A stretch of DNA of 64,000 nucleotides from Minisyncoccota bacterium (GTDB lineage: Bacteria; Patescibacteriota; Minisyncoccia; Phycocordibacterales; UBA9973): positions 9,004 to 73,003 of the forward strand of contig DATDWM010000018.1 in assembly GCA_036517375.1 (NCBI GenBank), written 5' to 3'. Below, piece by piece: positions 57,757 through 64,000 of this stretch (position 1 is the first letter of the stretch; each line of letters opens with the position of its first letter). A program made the translations under genes and the position numbers. The notes below the pieces were generated by a model, which saw nothing but the letters and a program-made list of their open reading frames with translations, was not told the origin of the DNA and ran no database searches.

Positions 57757-58618
57757 AAACGGATTACTTATAGCCTTATTTTTTATCGTGGCAGTGGTCG
57801 CCTTTTTTTCCTTATCTCACAATATTAAATTAAATAAACTCTATCAAATGGAAATAGAGAGTGAAGAGAGAATAAAACATACCTTAGACAGCACGCCAGT
57901 CGTAGCCCGAGCTGTCTCCGTGTACAACATAACCGAAAATAAAAAAGTCTACGGAAAGAATGATGATGTGTCTATACCAATAGCCTCTCTGGTAAAAATA
58001 ATAAACGTGGTTGTGGCATTAAATAATCATTCAAAAAATGAAATTGTGTATTTAAGTCCGGACTCCATAAAGCAAGCAGGGGATTATGGTCTTTTTGCAG
58101 ACGAGAAGTGGAAGATTGAAGACCTTGCGCGGTTAACCCTAATAAGTTCTGCCAACGACGGCGCATTTATGCTTGGAAGTAGTGAAAACTTTTTAGAAAA
58201 AATAAATACGAAGACGCAAAAATTAGGCGCCGAGGCTTCATCTTTCTTTAATACAACTGGACTCGATATAGATATCTCGCATCCAGGAGCATTTGCTACA
58301 GCTCTTGATGTGAACATTATGGCCATGTATGCCTTACGCGCATATCCAGAAATTTTTAATGTGACAACACAACCAGAAATAACCTTAACCTCCGAGTCGG
58401 GCTTTACACACACTTTCAAAAATACAAATATAATTTTAGACAAAATTCCAAACCTAATACTTTCAAAAACTGGCTACACTGACGCTGGGGGAGGAAGTCT
58501 GGCAGTAATATTTAAAGACCAAAAGGGAGATGATATTGCTGTGACAGTATTAGGATCTACATTTGAAGGACGTTTTACTGATATGGAAACACTGGTAAAT
58601 GTGTTGTATAATTTGTAA
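57737..58618 (+). CDS. Serine-type D-Ala-D-Ala carboxypeptidase (S11/PBP5-like), N-terminal TM anchor
   Basis: SLVKII (SxxK), SSAND (SxN) and KTGYT (KTG) in canonical order. 293 aa. Confidence 0.7.
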   Translation: MTPNETKNGLLIALFFIVAVVAFFSLSHNIKLNKLYQMEIESEERIKHTLDSTPVVARAVSVYNITENKKVYGKNDDVSIPIASLVKIINVVVALNNHSKNEIVYLSPDSIKQAGDYGLFADEKWKIEDLARLTLISSANDGAFMLGSSENFLEKINTKTQKLGAEASSFFNTTGLDIDISHPGAFATALDVNIMAMYALRAYPEIFNVTTQPEITLTSESGFTHTFKNTNIILDKIPNLILSKTGYTDAGGGSLAVIFKDQKGDDIAVTVLGSTFEGRFTDMETLVNVLYNL

Positions 58619-58680
58619 TTATGAAATCTGACGGGAATAACGGGATGAACGGCTCAACGGGCTGTTGAGCCGTTAAAATG

Positions 58681-58689
58681 TGCTATAAT
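58681..58689 (+). promoter_or_regulatory. Extended -10 promoter element TGcTATAAT ending 7 nt before the mraY ATG, so the transcript is probably leaderless
   Basis: TG at 58681-58682 and TATAAT at 58684-58689. mraY ATG is at 58697. Preceded by a perfect 11-bp hairpin at 58648-58674. Confidence 0.35.
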
Positions 58690-58696
58690 TACGGCC

Positions 58697-59752
58697 ATGC
58701 TAGTAAATTTAGTTAAAATCTCCATACCCACCGCTCTAGCCTTTTTTTTAGGCCTCGCCATTACCCCCCTTGCTACCCACTTTTTCTACAAATACAAAAT
58801 GTGGAAGAGGCACGGCCGGAATGGTAACGGGGTAGGGGACGAGTTCCAAAAAATTCACAACGAACATGCAGAATTAAATACTCCTCGAGTGGGTGGAATC
58901 ATAATCTGGGCTTCCGTGCTTCTAACCACTATACTTTTTTATTTAATATCCATCCTGCTTCCTACGGAAAATAATGAGAAAATGAATTTCCTAAGTAGGA
59001 ATCAGACCCTCATCCCATTTTTTACCCTACTTGTAGGCGCATTCATCGGACTCTGGGATGACTTAATCCAAATTTACGGAAAAGGTAAGTTTGCAAAAGA
59101 CAATAAATCCTGGAGACTCTGGAAGGCATCCCTCATTGCGGGTGTGGCGCTACTGATCGGAAGCTGGTTTTTCTACAAGCTTGGAATTGTCTCCATTCAT
59201 ATTCCATTCGGGGGAGAAATATTTTTAGGAATTTTCATTATCCCACTTTTCATACTAGTGGCGCTCGCAATATTCTCGGGTGGAGTTATTGACGGTATCG
59301 ACGGGCTCTCGGGTGGAGTACTTGCTTCCATCTTTGCCGCATATGCAGTTATTGCCTATTCTTTTAATCAAATAGACTTAGCTACCTTCTCTGGTGTTAT
59401 TGCCGGAGCGATATTTGCCTTTCTTTGGTTTAATATTCCGCCGGCTAGATTCTATATGGGGGAGACGGGCATAATGGGACTCACTTTAACCCTGGCAACT
59501 TTAGCATTCCTCACAGACACAGTGCTTATCCTGCCAGTGATCGCTATGCCTTTAGTCCTTACTTCAAGCTCGGTTATTTTACAAATGCTTTCTAAGAAGT
59601 ATCGTGGGGGTAAAAAAGTATTCAAGTTAGCGCCACTCCATCATCACTTTGAAGCTATCGGCTGGCCGTCCTATAAAGTAACCATGCGTTTCTGGATTCT
59701 GTCCATCATGTTTGCGATCATTGGAATAATTTTAGCGATAATGAGTAGGTAG
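58697..59752 (+). CDS. mraY: Phospho-N-acetylmuramoyl-pentapeptide transferase
   Basis: 10-TM protein with the PARFYMGETG motif (PAxxFMGDxGS family) and a DD/DDxxD region. 351 aa. Confidence 0.9.
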   Translation: MLVNLVKISIPTALAFFLGLAITPLATHFFYKYKMWKRHGRNGNGVGDEFQKIHNEHAELNTPRVGGIIIWASVLLTTILFYLISILLPTENNEKMNFLSRNQTLIPFFTLLVGAFIGLWDDLIQIYGKGKFAKDNKSWRLWKASLIAGVALLIGSWFFYKLGIVSIHIPFGGEIFLGIFIIPLFILVALAIFSGGVIDGIDGLSGGVLASIFAAYAVIAYSFNQIDLATFSGVIAGAIFAFLWFNIPPARFYMGETGIMGLTLTLATLAFLTDTVLILPVIAMPLVLTSSSVILQMLSKKYRGGKKVFKLAPLHHHFEAIGWPSYKVTMRFWILSIMFAIIGIILAIMSR

Positions 59753-59803
59753 GGAACTAGGCTTTAGGCGCTAGGCCTTAGTAGAGTACAAAATACAAAG
59801 AAA

Positions 59804-60907
59804 ATGGGAAACAAAAAGGTCGACAAATTTTTTCTGATAGTTGTTATTCTCTTGATTGGTATCGGAGTAGCTATCTTTGTCTCGGCTTCCTTGGGAATAT
59901 TGTCCAAAAATGCAACGACTTTCCGCTCCGTACTTTTTAATCAGCTAGTACTGGGTCTAGGCTTGGGCCTCATCGGTATGTATCTAGCTTCTAAGATTGA
60001 TTATAAATTCTGGCGACGCTACTCTCTTTTTATTTTCTTGGGCGCAATTTTACTCACCGCTAGTGTCTTTATCCCGTCCTTGGGCTGGAGCCACGGTGGA
60101 GCGCAGAGGTGGATTACTATTGGTCCAGTATCAATGCAACCAGTAGAATTCTTGAAATTCGGTTTCGTAATTTACTTTGCGGCTTGGCTTTCCTGGGCTA
60201 AAACCAGAGTAAAGGATTTCAAATTTGGAATCTTACCGCTTGCGATAATGCTATCGGTCATCGCTTTTATCTTGCTCAAACAACCAGACACAAAGAGCTT
60301 TATCCTCATTTCCGTTACTGGGTTTTCAATGCTTTTTATCTCCGGCGTTCCGATAAAATATGTTTTATACTTAGGGGCTGGATCAGCCCTTCTGCTAGGA
60401 TCGCTAGTCTTCTTTACCCCATACCTCCAAGAGCGAGTAAAAACCTTCCTAGACCCCTCCATAGACCCCAGGGGGGCTTCCTATCAAGTTCAGCAGTCGG
60501 CCATTGCCCTGGGCTCGGGAGGCATCTTTGGTAGGGGGTTTGGGCAGAGTATTCAGAAATTTAGCTATCTACCGGAACCACAAGGGGACTCCATCTTTGC
60601 TGTTTTAGGTGAGGAATTTGGTTTTATCGGAGTGTCGATGGTTATATTTCTTTACTCACTTTTTGCTTTGCGTGGTATGCGGATAGCGAACCGGAGCCCG
60701 GATTACTTTAGTGGACTTTTAGTGTCAGGAATTGTTATACTTATTGTAGTGCAATCTTTCATGCACATTGCTTCCGTCTCTGGAGTTTTCCCTTTGACTG
60801 GAGTACCACTTGTCTTTATGAGCCATGGAGGCACGTCCCTTATGATTTACCTTATCGCTACCGGCATGGTGCTACATATATCAAAATTTCAGAAAAAACA
60901 CTTATGA
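59804..60907 (+). CDS. ftsW: SEDS-family peptidoglycan glycosyltransferase (FtsW/RodA). The position between mraY and murG favours FtsW.
   Basis: Polytopic membrane protein. IANRSPDYFSGLL and SHGGTS motifs are conserved in SEDS. 367 aa. Confidence 0.85.
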   Translation: MGNKKVDKFFLIVVILLIGIGVAIFVSASLGILSKNATTFRSVLFNQLVLGLGLGLIGMYLASKIDYKFWRRYSLFIFLGAILLTASVFIPSLGWSHGGAQRWITIGPVSMQPVEFLKFGFVIYFAAWLSWAKTRVKDFKFGILPLAIMLSVIAFILLKQPDTKSFILISVTGFSMLFISGVPIKYVLYLGAGSALLLGSLVFFTPYLQERVKTFLDPSIDPRGASYQVQQSAIALGSGGIFGRGFGQSIQKFSYLPEPQGDSIFAVLGEEFGFIGVSMVIFLYSLFALRGMRIANRSPDYFSGLLVSGIVILIVVQSFMHIASVSGVFPLTGVPLVFMSHGGTSLMIYLIATGMVLHISKFQKKHL

Positions 60908-62034
60908 AAATAGTTTTTACGGGAGGCGGAACTGGCGGGCATTTCTATCCAATTATCGCCGTTGCCCAAAAAGTAAACCAAATAATAGACCGCGAGAATA
61001 TTGTGGGTGCCAAGCTCTACTTTATTTCTTCGGACTCTTATGACAAGGAAATGCTGTACGAGAATGGTCTCCACTATGAAGAAATAAGCGCTGGTAAAAT
61101 GCGTACCTATTTTTCTTTCCGAAATTTTATTGATATTTTTAAAATATTTGGGGGCACTGTGAATGCTATCTTTAAATTATTTTCTATTTACCCGGATGTA
61201 GTTTTTGGCAAGGGTGGGTACGCATCTTTTCCTACTATTTTCGCCGCCTGGTTTCTGCGTATTCCGGTGATAATTCACGAATCAGACTCCGCGCCCGGCA
61301 GAGTAAATAAATGGGCGGGGCGCTTTGCTAAGAGAGTTGCAGTGTCTTTCAGGGAAGCTGGAGAATATTTTCCTAGAAATAAAGTGGCTTGGACCGGACA
61401 ACCGATCCGAACAGAAATAGAAAACGTAGCACCTAAAGAAGAAGCCCTTAAATATTTCAAATTTGAATCTAACCTTCCGACTATTCTAATCTTGGGTGGT
61501 TCTCAGGGTGCAGAATTAATAAATAACACAGTGATAGATGCGCTACCACTTCTCTTGGAAAAATATCAAGTTATCCATCAAACCGGAGTTAGAAATTTTA
61601 AAGCCGTGATCGACCAGGCAGATGTTGTACTGCAAACCAATAAAAATAAAGAAAGATATTTTCCCATTTCTTTTTTAAATCCACTTGGTATGAAGATGGC
61701 TTCCGGCGCAGCTACTCTTGTCATCTCCCGAGCCGGCTCTACGATTTTTGAAATAGCAACTTGGGGCATTCCTTCGATCTTGATTCCTTTCACGGAGTCG
61801 AATGCTGACCATGCTAGGAAAAATGCTTTCAATTACGCCCATGCCGGAGCCTGTAATGTGATAGAAGAAGCCAACATGACTGCTAATATTTTAAATTCGG
61901 AAATTGATCAAATAATCAATGATAAAACTAAGTATGCAAAAATGGCAGAGAGTGCTAAGATATTTGCTAAAGGAGACGGGGCTACTGTTATCGCTCGAGC
62001 CCTAGTGGACACCGCTTTGAGTCATGAGGGATAG
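60904..62034 (+). CDS. murG: UDP-N-acetylglucosamine--N-acetylmuramyl-(pentapeptide) pyrophosphoryl-undecaprenol GlcNAc transferase
   Basis: MKIVFTGGGTGGHFYPIIAVAQ G-loop and a GT28 C-terminal domain (ILGGSQGA...). 4-nt overlap with ftsW. 376 aa. Confidence 0.85.
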   Translation: MKIVFTGGGTGGHFYPIIAVAQKVNQIIDRENIVGAKLYFISSDSYDKEMLYENGLHYEEISAGKMRTYFSFRNFIDIFKIFGGTVNAIFKLFSIYPDVVFGKGGYASFPTIFAAWFLRIPVIIHESDSAPGRVNKWAGRFAKRVAVSFREAGEYFPRNKVAWTGQPIRTEIENVAPKEEALKYFKFESNLPTILILGGSQGAELINNTVIDALPLLLEKYQVIHQTGVRNFKAVIDQADVVLQTNKNKERYFPISFLNPLGMKMASGAATLVISRAGSTIFEIATWGIPSILIPFTESNADHARKNAFNYAHAGACNVIEEANMTANILNSEIDQIINDKTKYAKMAESAKIFAKGDGATVIARALVDTALSHEG

Positions 62035-62050
62035 ATGCTAAAATAGCATT

Positions 62051-63373
62051 ATGCCCGAAAATAATGAGAAAAAAGTGGTAACTAGATTCGCCCCAAGCCC
62101 TACGGGCTTACTTCATTTAGGTACATATAGAACCGCTATATTTGCATATCTTTTTGCTAGAAAAAATAAAGGCCAGTTCATCCTGCGTATTGAAGATACC
62201 GACAAATTACGTGACAAAAAAGAATATGAAGAAAATATAATACAGAGCCTCGAGTGGCTTGGCCTTGAGTATGACGCCTTTTACCGTCAGTCGGAAAATA
62301 TAGCGAAGCACACTTTCTATTTAGAAAAAATGATCGCAGACGGAAATGCTTATATTTCCAAAGAAGAAGCAAAAGATGGTTCTGGAGCAATGAAAGACCT
62401 TGTGCGCTTTAAAAATCCAAATATTGATGTTACTTTTCACGACGAAATTAAAGGCGACGTAACCACCAACACTACAGACCTAGGAAATTTTATTATTGCA
62501 AGAAATTTACAAGAACCGTTGCACCACCTCACAGTAGTAGTAGACGATTTCGAAGAAGGTGTAACCCATGTAATTCGCGGAGAAGACCTTACTTCTAACA
62601 CTCCGCGCCAAATATTGATTCAAAGAGCAATAGGTGCGCCGACTCCGGTTTACGCCCATTTACCACTTGTCCTAGGTGGAGATAAATTAAAACTCTCAAA
62701 GCGTCGGGGAGCCCTACCAGCAATGGAGTATAAGAAATCTGGATATTTACCGGAAGCTGTCTTAAACGGAGTGGCTTTCGTAGGATGGAACCCTGGCACA
62801 GACCAGGAAATCTTTACCCATTTAGAATTAGTTGAATCTTTCGACCTATCTCGGGTACAAAAAAGTCCTGCTATTTTTAGTGAAGAAAAACTTGAATGGT
62901 TCAACAAAGAACACATGAAGCTTCTTTCAAAAGAAGAAGTGGAGAAAAATATTCTAGAAAATTTACCAACTGAATACAGAAATGAAAAACTTATTCCTGT
63001 AATTTTTGAACGCATTTCTAAATGGAGCGACGTGGAAGAAATGGTAAGGATGGGGGAGCTTGATGTATTCTTTAAGGCACCCGAGATGCTAGACAAACAA
63101 AAGCTAATTTTTAAAACTACTCCACCCGAGAAAATTAAAAATAATTTAGAAGTAGCAATCAAGGCGCTCAGCGAAATAATGGAAGAGAATTTTACTACCG
63201 AGAATGTCAAAACAGCCCTTATGCTAATTGCTGAAATGCTTGAAAGCAGGGGAGAGCTACTCCATCCTGTCCGATACGCCCTCTCTGGACGAGACAAGTC
63301 CCCCGATCCATTTATTATTGCCTCGATAATAGGAAAAAATGAAACAATTTCCCGACTACAAAAAGCCTTATAA
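62051..63373 (+). CDS. gltX: Glutamyl-tRNA synthetase (class I; may be non-discriminating)
   Basis: HIGH region (PSPTGLLHLGTYRTAIF) and KMSKS-like KLSKR. 440 aa. Confidence 0.85.
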   Translation: MPENNEKKVVTRFAPSPTGLLHLGTYRTAIFAYLFARKNKGQFILRIEDTDKLRDKKEYEENIIQSLEWLGLEYDAFYRQSENIAKHTFYLEKMIADGNAYISKEEAKDGSGAMKDLVRFKNPNIDVTFHDEIKGDVTTNTTDLGNFIIARNLQEPLHHLTVVVDDFEEGVTHVIRGEDLTSNTPRQILIQRAIGAPTPVYAHLPLVLGGDKLKLSKRRGALPAMEYKKSGYLPEAVLNGVAFVGWNPGTDQEIFTHLELVESFDLSRVQKSPAIFSEEKLEWFNKEHMKLLSKEEVEKNILENLPTEYRNEKLIPVIFERISKWSDVEEMVRMGELDVFFKAPEMLDKQKLIFKTTPPEKIKNNLEVAIKALSEIMEENFTTENVKTALMLIAEMLESRGELLHPVRYALSGRDKSPDPFIIASIIGKNETISRLQKAL

Positions 63374-64000
63374 TTCTCTCTGGAGTTTTACTTTAGTTTC
63401 CATTTTTCTGAGCATTTTTTTAATTGTGCCGGCTATTTATTCCTATGCCCAAACAGCCAGTGAACTAGAAGATAAAATTGACCAGAAAAGCCGTGACATC
63501 GAAAAACTAGAAAAAGAAATCAAGCAGTACCAAGTACAGCTCGATACCCTAGGTAAGCAGAAAAGCTCTTTGAGTGGCTCCATCCAGGAACTCGACATCA
63601 CTAAGAAAAAACTGAACGCTGACATATCAGTCACTGAGGATAAGATAGACAAGACTAATTTAAAAATTCAAGGCTTAAGTTCACAGATTGTTAACAAGGA
63701 AGACTCCATTGGCAGCGCAACCCTCGCCATCGAACTTGATATTAAAAAAACAAACGAACTCGAGCAGGCGAGCTTCGTGGCTACTATTTTGTCGGAAAAT
63801 GACTTTACCCTCATCTGGAATGACATCGACAATATGGCCACCGTCCGAGACAGTATTAGAGATAATGTAAAGAAACTCCGGGTCGTAAAGGGTGAGCTCG
63901 AAGACACTAGGCAGAGTACAATAGATGCCAAAGCAGAACTCACATTCCTGCGGTCAAAGCTAGCCGACCAGAAAAAAATAGTAGAACAAAATACTAAAGA
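63339..64000 (+). CDS. Partial CDS (3' end beyond window): signal-anchored coiled-coil protein, possibly the N-terminal part of an EnvC/M23-type cell-wall hydrolase activator
   Basis: Manual translation from ATG 63339: MKQFPDYKKPYNSLWSFTLVSIFLSIFLIVPAIYSYAQTASELEDKIDQKSRDIEKLEKEIKQYQVQLDTLGKQ..., heptad-rich through the window end. Overlaps the gltX 3' end by 35 nt. Missing from the ORF track because it is partial. Confidence 0.45.
   Translation, partial: MKQFPDYKKPYNSLWSFTLVSIFLSIFLIVPAIYSYAQTASELEDKIDQKSRDIEKLEKEIKQYQVQLDTLGKQKSSLSGSIQELDITKKKLNADISVTEDKIDKTNLKIQGLSSQIVNKEDSIGSATLAIELDIKKTNELEQASFVATILSENDFTLIWNDIDNMATVRDSIRDNVKKLRVVKGELEDTRQSTIDAKAELTFLRSKLADQKKIVEQNTK

Noticed and set aside
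62650-63297. 215-aa minus-strand ORF inside gltX
   Set aside because: Antisense to GluRS. Ser-rich nonsense-like translation.
1-64000. CRISPR arrays or cas genes
   Set aside because: No regularly spaced short direct repeats seen on reading through. No Cas-like proteins in the ORF set.

Overview
This is a gene-dense, mostly plus-strand-coding bacterial chromosome segment. Short housekeeping proteins, tight or overlapping gene junctions and several putative leaderless starts suggest a reduced-genome bacterium, possibly Patescibacteria/CPR-like (inference only).

Confidently recognisable content:
- Replication and cell-cycle genes: priA, DNA pol III delta' (holB), dnaX, topA, dprA, parB, scpA/scpB.
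- Cell wall and division: mreB, a Ddl-Ddl tandem fusion, murA, ftsQ-like, a class B PBP, a D-Ala-D-Ala carboxypeptidase, mraY, ftsW, murG.
- Translation-related: frr, rpmG (absent from the ORF track), miaA, dus, serS, gltX, plus tRNA-Trp, tRNA-Leu and tRNA-Gln.
- A pentose-phosphate trio: pgl, gnd, zwf.
- A long purine operon: guaB, purA, purS-purL fusion, purQ, purF, purN, purD, purE, purM, purC, purB.
- Others: rseP, rel, pepN, an M24 peptidase, a HAD hydrolase, dedA, ogt, a cupin.

Main hunt result: a strongly AT-rich island of about 7.7 kb (about 11.6-19.3 kb) sits directly 3' of tRNA-Trp. It encodes an SDR epimerase, a GT4 glycosyltransferase, a P-loop kinase, an MBL-fold hydrolase, a Pol-beta-type nucleotidyltransferase with an unknown N-terminal domain, an APH/Kdo-kinase-like protein, a histidine phosphatase and a SAM methyltransferase. 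I interpret this as a horizontally acquired, non-canonical sugar/nucleotide activation-and-transfer module, or possibly a defence-like module.

Other notable items:
- An 800-aa tandem Ddl-Ddl fusion.
- A 575-aa Cys-rich protein with duplicated zinc-ribbon termini and internal repeats.
- A perfect 25-bp inverted repeat straddling the divergent priA/mreB promoters.
- Extended -10 promoters abutting start codons (mreB, mraY).
- A GC-rich palindromic element in the island's distal AT-rich spacer.

No CRISPR array, integrase or transposase was seen.
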